DNA of 64,000 nucleotides, taken from NCBI GenBank assembly GCA_040954595.2, contig CM082576.2, positions 9,303,129 to 9,367,128 on the forward strand, in the 5' to 3' direction. This stretch comes from Balanoglossus misakiensis. Lineage: Eukaryota > Animalia > Hemichordata. Position 1 is the stretch's first letter, and every line of letters starts with the position of its first letter. A program made the position numbers and the translations under genes. Under the pieces are notes generated by a model. The model was not told where the DNA came from and made no database searches. It worked only from the letters and a program-made list of their open reading frames with translations. This document shows positions 14,201 to 24,625 of the stretch, piece by piece.

Positions 14201-17200
14201 ACTGTTAGTTTTAGAATGGCTTTTGAAGTATCCCAACAATTTATTGGCCGGTCCAGTCAATTGTAAGTTCGCACAAAGACCCGAGTTCTGAAGTAGAAGC
14301 GGTCAAAACAGTCTGCATTGCTATTCAAGAAACTCCAAAACAGGGGAAGTCTATTTTTCTTGACCCCCTCGAGTTCTTCATTAACTGCTGCCATGGGCAC
14401 AAGGAAAAAGCCAACTACTGTACAAATGTTTGATAATGTTCCTGTACAACACCTTGCCAGTTAGGAATGTCTGGAATTTACTGCATGTACAGGGCCTACA
14501 TATTGTTGTTCTGTAGAATAACCAGAGAATAGTGCAAACTATCAACACACTCTTGACTCCATCATTAAAATTCCATAGCAGTAACATTAGGAAAGTTAGA
14601 CTTCAAAAGGTTCTCAACCTCAGCAACAACTGTCAAACCAACCCGGCCTTTTCAGACTTCCCAATTTATGTGCATAATTGTCCATCATCTGAAGGTGGGA
14701 GTTGCATGTTTGACATGGGGTCCAGCACTGCACAAACAAATTTACTAATTTGCTTCCATTTATCACAGAGGAGTGCAGCTATTTATCAAAATAAATAAAG
14801 AGGAGTGGGTTCTCAACCAGAACTTCATGGTGGAGCCATAAGAGCCAAACAGAAGTTCTGACCTATTTACTTACAAGAACTTTATTTTTCCATATCAGAA
14901 CAGAGTACAGTTTTAATGCAAACGGTGTAGAAAAGTTAAATATACCATGTGTGCGTCAACATGTCTTTACTGGCATCCCCAATTCTAACAACTGATTCCC
15001 ATGGTTCTGTACTCCTCTGACTTCAAACTACTACTCTAATTACATTCTGCATACCAACAGCATACTTCTGAAATCTAATTTACCAAGGTACATAACAGAA
15101 CATCTCAAAGAGCTCGTGTTTTGCTTAAAAACCATTTAATATTTAATATCATCTAATGGCTAAGAAGAAGAATGTTTGGATAATACAGATGCAGTCAAAA
15201 TGTCCTCTCTGACTCAAACACTATATTAGGACTAGTCTTTTGGGGCTGTGTTCTTCAAATACCTCACAGGGCTTGAATGACTGGATTCTGACAGAATTTA
15301 TGCATGTGGGGAATGCCAGTACTTTCTACACAAGACTCGCTGAAACACAAAAATTTAGTCAGAACTATTCTTATCAGTGTTTGCAGTGCTCACAAATTGT
15401 TGTGATTTGTCTTGAGCTTCATGAACTGCAAACATGATCCCTGTTTGTCGATAGATTACCACGGTCAGTGAAAGTATTCCAAACATTTCATAAGAAAAAC
15501 ATTGCTCTGGGGCAAGATGCCGGTGACATGCACAATATGGCATGAGTTATCTGCTGGACAGATGGAGTTTTGGTTCGAACACAGACCAGAAAGGTAAACT
15601 TTTCCTAAGAAAGGCAATCTGGCCGGCTAAGTGTAATGCTGATGTTTTCTCAGTAACACATGACAGCAAAACAAAAATAAAATCATTAAACAACATATAC
15701 CATGCGTACCCCACACAAGATGATATGACAGTTATACAGTGTAGTCAACGGATTACTCAGTTTGTGTATGCCCCAGAAGAGATCAGTCTAAATAAACTAA
15801 AACCAGACTACAATATTTGGGGTTTCTTATATTTCTACAGTTGCATGCCTACAGCTGCTGGCAAATACACAATGTGTTCTCCCTCAAACAAACGCAGACA
15901 TTGGTCATACGCTAGTCGAGTCGTTGGTCATGTATGCATGTTTTTAACATTACAGAAAGTACTTTGAGTATGTATGTATGTGTGTGTGTGGAATCCATGT
16001 ACAAAAGTCTGATTCTTGTTCAGTCTCGCACAGTATTTATTGCAATAAAGTAAAGAGATGGTCCATCTCACTGATCAAAACGTTTGTACTTTTATTCTGT
16101 CTCCACTTTAGATAAATATCTCCTTGACAACGGGACACCGTAGCTTTCTGTGTTCGAAAACAAACTACAGGACAGGAGCATCATCTTTAAACCCGACAAT
16201 TTTACCTTCAGTGGCGACGTCTCCTGAGAATTTGCATCAATCTACAGTGGAGTGGCTGCATGAGTCGCAGTTCCTTGTCAGCGTTAATAAGCTTCAAAGT
16301 GAAGTGCTTAGAAACAACCAAGATACGGTGAGATAATGGTGCATTAAAAACACTGACTCATCTCACTATACGTCCAAAAAAAAAAATCTTTTTTTTTTTG
16401 TTGGAAAGACCTGGCTTCATCCTAGCCTTGGAGAGAGTGGGAAGTGACACTTGCAGGAAACGAATTAGTCAAATTTTCAGTCTGGTTTCATGGGGTTGTT
16501 GAAATCCGAGATCTTCACCCAGTAAAGTGAGGGCAGAGAGGTTACCATAACAGCTGTGTCTCAAACATCCCGGTTAAAAGTTGTCAGATGCGGTTATTTC
16601 CTTCTGCTGCTGCTGGCACCTTTCAGATTCACAGATTTATATCATCGGAAGAAGAGACAAGACACAGCAATGAAAACATCCCCCATCTGCCAGTGTCTTA
16701 TATATAAACGATCATGCAAGTGATCAGGAGATACTCTCGGCCATGTTGAACTGATAAAGCAAATCAAAGGTTGATTGTTTCAGCCAAAATATTTCAGTAC
16801 TGGTCTTTGTCCAAATGTAGATGCAGACAGATCCATTATGATGCTCCAGCTACTTGAAATGTAACAACCCAACGACTTTCAATAGTGAAAAGTCTCAGAT
16901 TCAGTATCCTCTTCTAATAGTTGAATAATTTTATTTTCCATTCAGGTACAATTTGGCTGGAATACAATCCCCTTTATTGAATAATAATGGTAAATAGATA
17001 TCTTTATCTAATTAATGAACAAAATGAGATTGTAATTTTAAACTTGTAAACTACAGACCCGCCAATAAGTATTTACGCACCCACGTTCTGCAGCGAAAAC
17101 GTTTCAAAAACATGAAATAACACACCTTGCAGACAGTTTTCACGAGAAACAACAGTTGTACAGCGAAAATCTTTCATGTGCGATTAAATTTGAGCGAGAA

Positions 17201-17316
17201 ATATTGACGTAAATATAGATATGCGGCGGAGTCGGCGAAACGTTCCATTCTCTATGGGAACAACAATGCAAAGAACGTCATGAATATTCATGAGGTGAAA
17301 TCGAACGTAACAACTG

Positions 17317-17955
17317 TCAATAATGGGTATGTCCACCCCTTCTCCTGATGACCTCTCGCAGGCGCTTCGGCATAGTGTCGACGAGTTTCCGACACATATT
17401 TTGCTGGAATTGTTCCCAAGATGTTACAATGCGGTCAAACAGGTCGTCGATGCTGTGAATTGGACGGGAATGAACGTCCAAGTCGATTAACTCCCACATG
17501 TTCTCGATGGGGCTCAAATCTGGAGACTGGGCTGGCCACTCCAACGTAGTAAAATTGTCAAACGGATAGCCGTAATCCTGGGGATTTTGCAGAAATGATT
17601 TCACAACCAAGGCAGTATGTACAGGGGCATTATCCTGCTGGAACACAAAATCGGGCCCGACGAGTCTCAAAGCCGATGGTAACATTTCGTTTTGTAGAAC
17701 GTCCAGGTACTTCCAGCGATTCATGGTGTTCTCGACTCGAACGAGCGAACCCACACCTGCAGCCGAGAAACACCCCCAAACCATAACACTGCCACCACCA
17801 AACTTTACTGTGGGACTGATACAGTCAATTTCGTACTCCTCGCCAGGTCGCCGTCTAACAAAAACTCTCCCCCGGCTCCTATACACGGTGAACTTAGACT
17901 CGTCTGACCAAACAACCCGGGACCACTGAACAGGTGTCCAGTTCACATAACGTCG
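17317..17955 (-). pseudogene. Tc1-like transposase, C-terminal DDE catalytic part (212 codons plus stop)
   Basis: Motifs WSDESKF (D at 17902-17904), GGGSVMVWGCFS, FQQDNAPVH (D at 17632-17634), WPAQSPDLSPIENMW (E at 17503-17505), ending GGHTHY-stop. No internal stops. Confidence 0.95.
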
Positions 17956-17963
17956 GGCGAAAC

Positions 17964-19139
17964 CATGGACGTAAAAAGAGAAGGACTTCGGACTGTCCTT
18001 TGAGCTATTGTTCAGGTGATCGTTGCCGCCGCTCCGTTATCGCCTAATACTCCGTAATACTTTAATCCGATTACTTCCGTAATTTATTCAAGAGTGGGTT
18101 CGGGTAGTATATTTGGTACTGTTCGGGTGTTTCCGTCTGTTTATAAACACCAGGCTGCATGGAATGCGCATGTGCGTGACCTTTGACTTTGAACCATCGA
18201 GGAGATTTGGCCCGTATGCACCAAATCTACGCTGAAAAAAACATGAATTGCATCTTTGGCCAAGCTGGTAGCTCTTGTTATGTAGTCCACAAATTACAAC
18301 ATACATTTAAGGTTTTATGCCGATCGAACAGATATTGTAGGCACCGTTTGGTTTACCGGCAATTCCACTCGAAGTCGACGATTGTGGACGAGATCATTTA
18401 ACGTGTAATCCTATGGCGATAAAGTAACCGCACATCGCGAAAAATGGCAAAATCCGAACGTGGATAACGAAAATGGCCATGTGTTTCTGCCTATAAGACG
18501 CACATTCTCTGAAAGTTTATTGCTTCGTCTCCACTTTACTGCAAAAATTAGACGTAGGACCCTTGTACTTTTAACGTGAGAGTGATTTTAAAATGTCTTG
18601 TTTTTGAAAATGCTTTGATGGTTTACGTGTAATCCTATGGCGATAGAGTAACCGCACTTCGCGAAAATTGGCAAAACCCGAACGTGGATAGCGAAAATGG
18701 CCATGTGCTCCTGCATATAAGACGCACATTTTCTGAAAGTTTATTGCTTCGTCTCCTCTTAAATGCAAAAATTAGACGTAGGACCCTTGAACTTTTAAAG
18801 TGAGAGTGAGTTTAAAATGTCTTGTTTTTTTAGCATGCTTATAAAGATCGGTTCGCCATTTGGTCAAATATGCGTCGATTTTTTCTGTTTTCACTTCTTT
18901 ATGTCCGTTACATCGAGACAAAAAAATGGTGATAATTTTACAGTAATTTACCACTTCTTTGTGACTTAAACAGCAAGTTTTCGTGAGTAGTGCTGAGAGC
19001 ACCCGAGGGGGTGTGTCACTGTGTACGTTGACTTCGGCAACGGTCACCCGACGTCAAAGAACAGCGTAGACAAAGCGAATACAATAGGTGTGAATGGGCT
19101 TAAGCTGCAGTCCTAAGTCCTTCTCTTTTTACGTCCATG
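17964..19139. mobile_element. Non-autonomous TIR element (1176 bp), probably P-element superfamily, nested in the Tc1 transposase gene
   Basis: 32-bp TIRs CATGGACGTAAAAAGAGAAGGACTT(C/A)GGACTG (17964-17995; 19108-19139; 1 mismatch) and a perfect 8-bp TSD GGCGAAAC (17956-17963; 19140-19147). CANRG termini with an 8-bp TSD fit P better than hAT (YARNG). No transposase ORF inside. Boundaries are secure; the superfamily is less so. Confidence 0.88.
18401..18840 (+). repeat. Internal tandem repeat, 224-bp period, about 2 copies
   Basis: ACGTGTAATCCTATGGCGAT starts at both 18401 and 18625. The copies align without gaps with roughly 18 substitutions by hand count. Confidence 0.93.
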
Positions 19140-19550
19140 GGCGAAACGTAGTCGCGCTGCGATATGCCGGGGTTGTAACTTCGGCTTTTTTTTGGCCACA
19201 CATCCACGGAGTCTGGCTCCTCTATACAATCGGGATTTGATTGTGCTCATACTCAAAAGTTTCCCGGCATCCTCGTGAAACTTAGCGCGGAGGTCACGGG
19301 CCGTCTTAAACCTGTCCGTCAGGCTTGATCTAATCAACATTCGGTCTTCCCGTTCCGTTGTTCGCCTTGGCCGTCCAGATCGGTGTAAATTGTCCGTGCT
19401 ACCATTTTGAACAAGTTTCCGAATGTTGTACCTGACGCTGCCTTCGGTGATTCCAAGCTGCCTTGCGATTTCTCGGTTTCTCAAACCTTGCCTATGCAGT
19501 GCCTCAATTTGACCTTTCACAAATTCAGGAAGTTCGCGAACTTTGGGCAT
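19140..19550 (-). pseudogene. Tc1-like transposase, N-terminal part (137 codons; paired-like HTH, GRPR motif, basic KKKPK region), interrupted by the nested element
   Basis: ACCATG start at 19550. MPKVRELPEF...REIARQLG...SGRPRRTTEREDR...KKKPKLQPRHIAARLRFA ends exactly at the 8-bp TSD. Confidence 0.92.
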
Positions 19551-19638
19551 GGTTTCATTGATCCAATGTTTACAAACAAAAATTATGCAGCAACCTCCGA
19601 CGACCTCGATCAGAATATTCATAAGCAAGTCTGGCAGA

Positions 19639-19775
19639 TTTTCCCGCCCCCAAATTTAATCGTAATTATATTTAAAAGCTCTGATTGGTGGAGATTTAAA
19701 TATGAATAGAGGGAAATTAGCCACGGAAACAATGGCGCGAAAAGTTAATGAGATGCAAATGATATGTTAATGAGT
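19639..19775 (-). promoter_or_regulatory. Putative transposase promoter with E2F x2, CCAAT/NF-Y and octamer/TAATGARAT motifs
   Basis: TTTCCCGC 19640-19647; CTGATTGG (CCAATCAG) 19681-19688; GGCGCGAAAA 19734-19743; TAATGAGAT 19746-19754 overlapping ATGCAAAT 19753-19760. All lie 90-225 bp upstream of the transposase ATG. Confidence 0.45.
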
Positions 19776-22700
19776 ATACCGCCATTGCAATAACCATAGG
19801 AATTTTCACTGGCCGGAAAACTCGCCGCGTATACAGTCAAATTCGGCGCGGCAACACATCTGTGTTGACTAAAATGGGTTAAACCTTCCGTAGGTTATTT
19901 ATTTTCGGAAATAAGTTACAGTCGATCGATTTTGTGAATAATTTTTCATGTCAAACGTACATTTTCAAGGTGCGTAAATACTTATTGGCGGGTCTGTATA
20001 TGACAGGTTAGAGTGCCGATACATCTCGGGTAATTACCTGGGATTGGAAAGTTACCTGGCGGGTCAGAGGTCACAATAGAATTTGGTAATTTGATGTTTA
20101 TTTCATTTAGGATGTCACCCTCACTTCTGCTGTCCATGTCAGATGCACTGATAGTTTCATGTTACAGAGTTCTCTTGTGCAGCTTTTTTGCATCCGAACT
20201 GGACTCCCCCGGCTAGCGAGAAAAAAGAGAGCGCTTTTGTGAAAAGTGACACTGTCAATATTCTTCACTCAAAAAATTGGTTGAGTCACGCTGAAGACAA
20301 GTGAACTTTCAGTCAATTTATTTGATATTGTTAACATTCATAAAGGTTGATGGGGTCATTTTGCATGTTTCTCTTGAAACCGTGTAATGGAAGGCACGAC
20401 CGAAAAAACATTTAAGCTTTTGTAAAAGGGTTCTCCACAAACGGTTAAAACCCCTAAGTCTGTTCCCTGTCAGGTATTCTACACTTTTCATCTGTTTTTT
20501 AAGAACCTTTACACAAATAATGGATATGTCAATAATATTAGAGACCCATGTTTTGATAAAGGTTGTATTGTACACAGTACCGGCAATTTTGTTTATTACG
20601 TTTCCTATTCTGAAACTTATGCATTAAGCATTACAGAGAATTTGAATTTTTACCAGCCAATGCTTGGGGATATTTTTGCTGTCACCAGAGCCCCTCAACC
20701 ATAGCAGAAACCACTGAGGCTTAATTATTTGTTGGTTGTTTTGGAGATGCCTGTTCTAATTGATGTTTAAATGTATTTACACTACAGGCTAACATCTGAG
20801 TATATTTGCATATTGAGGAAATGAAATTACACCATTAAAAGCGGTATATCTGACTGTTAATATTTTCTTCCTGGGTCGATCCTTAAATCAGAAATTTTAC
20901 ATTAGCCATACTGCAGAGACGGTTACAGTTTTTTTTTAAAGTTACACATAAAACCTTTGCTTATAACTTCTAGCCCATTCGGAATGATATTTTCCTTTGT
21001 TTCCTACAGTCTACACTCTGTCTGTCGCTGCAGTCATTTTTCCTGATGCGCCATTATCTGTCAGTGAATATTTGAAAAGCCCAGTGCTTGAATATCATTT
21101 GTAACCTTCCATCAGAGCTGTGACAATATTTTAGAAGCTTTCAACACAAACTGCTATTATACTCTAATGTGTTTGCCAATCGGTGAGCAGTTTAAGCATT
21201 CATAGCTGCCATTGAATAAACCACACACCACATAATGCGTCTCTGCTTTCATTGTTCAGAAAAATTACTCTGTTTAAATTCCTTTGTTAAGTTACCAGAC
21301 TCATTATATCCGGTACTCATTTTTCTTTATTTCGCTTTTGATTGAGAAAAGCTCCCCGATGGAAAAAACACACACCAGAATGATGTGTTCTCGGGGTGAA
21401 CCTGTCAGTTTTGGAAAGTGTTTTTGTGTCAGGCTTCATCAATTAGCGATAATTGAATTAGGCTTGCATGCAGGGTTGGTATGTTCCCCCTGCTGGTGTG
21501 CAGTTTAAATGCCCACCGTCCTTCAGCGCAACAGCTACAGTGTGTCACTCGTCTCATTGTTTTGATCCCTCTTCCCCCGACTACACACACAAAAGCCAGC
21601 GTGTGACAAGCAAGCATGCAACGACTGATTTGTATGCGAAGGAAATCTGCATGACTCGTTCAATATCAGTATTTACAATATTTTTTCTTTCAAAAATTCA
21701 GACATTGATTGGTCACATTGTTAGACGGCGGTCAAAAAAATTCTCGACTACTTCCCCTTGACACGTACACCAAGAGAGCCAGCCGTCTGTGTGGAACAAC
21801 CTTTCCGACAAATTCCTCGGTGCACTCATGAATTCTGCTGGCAGGTGTCCACCCCATGCAAGCCGGGATAAGCAGACCCAATTAGAACAATTAGGGGAGA
21901 CTCATGCCTGACTTGACCAAGGGTGCCCTATTGCTGGCTTCCTCCCCTAACTGGGGGGCATAATTGATTGATTATTGACGACTTGCGTTTAGGTCCACAG
22001 GTTGTGTTCACAAGGAGACAACGAGAAAAGCAAAGTTTATATTACACTCGGGCAAGATGAAAATAACTGTTCATTAACGTTGCTCCAGCTCATAGAATAA
22101 AGAAAAGTCTGCTCGCCAGTCAACTGTTAAAAAGGAGTGCATTCCAGCCGTCAATTCAGTATAGAAAACCAGTGATGGAGGCGAAACGTTACTTTTTTTC
22201 TGGCCCGTACCATTGAAAAGGCCGACATTGATGGTTTATATTGTCCACTTTTCCCCGCTGTAAGGTATACCCCTTCACTTTGAAAAGTTTGATGCCATGC
22301 CACCATTGAAGGCTGCAGTCAATTAGGTGAAATGGGAGAAATGAGGCTAATTACTGAACAAATTGAATAATAAGCGGTATGTGGTCATTTTAATGAAGTG
22401 GGTAGTGTTTCAGTTTCAAGGCCCCCAAAGCTCCTTCCTCGCCCAGAGAGAAACGGTTCTTATCGTTAAACCTGTTGACTGGCAAATTGTAAATACTATC
22501 AGTCGGGCTGTCCCTAACCTGCATGTTGCGTAACTCTTAAACTTGTTATGTTGCCAGTGTGCTGACACAATGCCACGTGAAGGCATGTCTGGACATAAAG
22601 GGCTTTCTCACGTGAAATGATTAGGGCGCCCTTTTCGGGATTATAAAAGTTGGCAAACATTTCTTATCAGCGACTCAAATAGTTTTGCTTTCACATGTGT

Positions 22701-23542
22701 ATAAAAGGGACGGGATCACCGCACTCAATGCGTCCACAGCAGAGTGGCTAAAGGTCACAATGGCGGATTCAGTGATGTGTTTACTGTATATGTAGCTCTG
22801 GACTTATACCCAAACAGCGTATACCGTAATCTATCCTTCGGGTTCGACCAGGAAAAAATAATTATTCTTTACAAAAAGATGAAACAATGGGGGTAAAAAT
22901 GAGTCAAAGTGCCAGAAGGACCCCCTCGGACATTTATGCAAATTAGGTTCAAATAGGCTTCATGGTGCGATTGAAAATCAAGGACACATTTCGCCACTTG
23001 TCCCATTTGTTGTTCCACATCAAATAAATGGAAGATCCGAGAAAATCCACACTTTTCCAGTTTTTGTACAGTCATCCTATAAGTATAAGCGCTTCTACGG
23101 TACCGCCTGTGAGTCTTACAGCTTTGAAACCAGTGCGTAATATACTAGTAGCATGACTCCATGCTAGTAGTAAAAGCATACCGGGATGTGGGAACGCTTT
23201 GAGTTGGTCCCTTGGGACAAAGACGTTTTTAATTTATTCACGCACAGGGATGTATTTTTAGCCAGACAATGGCAAGACCTAGTTGCCTAGAAATTATCAC
23301 CATGAACTTTGCTACAAGTTTCACTACCACTTCCACTGGGCGTCTCAATTTTTTCAGCAGAGCCCCAGCTGCAGTAAGTTCCGACTACCTCAAGGCTTTG
23401 CCTGTAGGTTTTGGGGCTCCTCATTTTACTGATGACCATCAGCAACAAGGCAAATTGACCGTTGACTAAGCAAGGTGCTAAACATCGCTCTTTTCAGAGG
23501 GGTAATTTTACATGCAAGCTCATTAGAAACTGCCACTTGTAT

Positions 23543-23778
23543 CCCCTCAAACCGCGTCGGCAGAGTGCGTTTAGATCGGCGTTTAGTGCGGTGTTTCTGT
23601 TCACACGTGATTTGAATCGCTGTTTAGTGCGGCGCCCCGACCCAGGTCCCACCCCTCAACACCGTCACAAAAAAAGAGCGGCGCAGGGCCGCTCTCACCT
23701 TTTCACACGTGGCACTTACAAATTAACGCCGCCCTAGCACCGCCGCTGGGGCGGCGTTGACGGCACGTGAGAAAGGGG
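23543..23778. mobile_element. GC-rich palindromic element, probably a PIF/Harbinger-type MITE remnant
   Basis: Repeated TTCACACGTG motifs, right end CACGTGAGAAAGGGG followed by TAA, internal hairpins (23675-23695 and 23725-23758), and CpG-rich within a CpG-poor intron. The left end is degenerate. Confidence 0.5.
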
Positions 23779-24566
23779 TAATACATGCCTAATAATAAAT
23801 GTGGCAATACTTCTATCGCAAGACAAACTAAGATTTGCGTGTTTAAATACAAAATCCTGATTACGGTAAGCCGGGGCATGTACATGATTTTTAAACAAAG
23901 GGAAAACGCCGGCTGAAGCTGGCTTGTGTAGCAGACCTGACACACTGGTATTCTAAGTGTATTTAACTAAAGTTTAAATGCCCAGAGATGGGGTTTTAAA
24001 ATAAGACCCCGGCCCTTCCTCCCACGGAAATCTGAGAGCCACGCAGGAGTACATTTCCAGATCTCCCAAATCCGGGACTTTGCAACAAGTGCTTTTCAAC
24101 TAATCCGACGGCCATACTACCATACCAGCTAGAGCAACAACTTCCAGAAATGCAAAAAAAAAAGTACATTAATGGCACTGCTATAAACACCGCCCTTTTT
24201 TCAGTCTCAAAGGAACAGACTGATAAGGTGTTGTAGTTATCAGTTAGATGCAGAAAAAAATCCACAAAGAAACCCTCTGTGCATTCTTTTATAAACCCGA
24301 CTGCTCCTTTACTTGGACTTACAGAAAAGGCGAAGCTGTAAAAGCTTGTCTTCCACCACTGCCCCATAAACATATATTGTTGGAAAAACTTTTGAGGGAG
24401 AACAATGGTGCACATAACCCCGGGATCATAAAACGATTGCTAATTTGGCTAACCCTGCAATTGGTGTGTACTCAACCAATAAAACAGATGACAAGGATAT
24501 TGCTTGTTTTCTCACAGTGTTGAAGCTTGAGTGGGTGCTTGGACACTGCCTGCCTGCCTGCCTGTC

Positions 24567-24625
24567 AGTCTCCACAGATGAAGTCTATGGAACTTTTAGA
24601 TTGGGTTCTGTATGTCTGTCTGTAT
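24567..24625 (+). mobile_element. Decayed copy of the same hairpin-terminated repeat
   Basis: AGTCTCCACAGATGAAGTCT matches the reverse complement of 49514-49533 (AGTCCCCACGGACGAAGTCC) at 16/20. It is followed by TGTC/TGTA tetranucleotides and preceded by (TGCC)n. Confidence 0.4.

Larger units (their letters stand above)
17054..19996 (-). mobile_element. Tc1-like (IS630-Tc1-mariner) DNA transposon, 1759 bp without its nested insert
   Basis: Perfect 28-bp TIRs CAGACCCGCCAATAAGTATTTACGCACC (17054-17081 and 19969-19996), TA on both flanks (17052-17053, 19997-19998), and an internal Tc1 transposase. Confidence 0.96.

Noticed and set aside
16373-16406. A-tract/T-tract hairpin
   Set aside because: Low-complexity homopolymers pair trivially.
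18401-18840. CRISPR-like array
   Set aside because: Two long adjacent repeat units without spacers, in eukaryotic DNA with no cas genes.
17964-19139. Idea that the nested element is spliced out as an introner, restoring the transposase mRNA
   Set aside because: The TIR offers a weak GT (C|GTAAAA, phase 1) and a pyrimidine tract, but no AG at the end. The next AG (GTTCAG) is phase 0, so that splice would frameshift.
22740-22855. tRNA or SINE suggested by GGTTCGAC (B-box-like)
   Set aside because: No properly spaced A-box and no cloverleaf stems.
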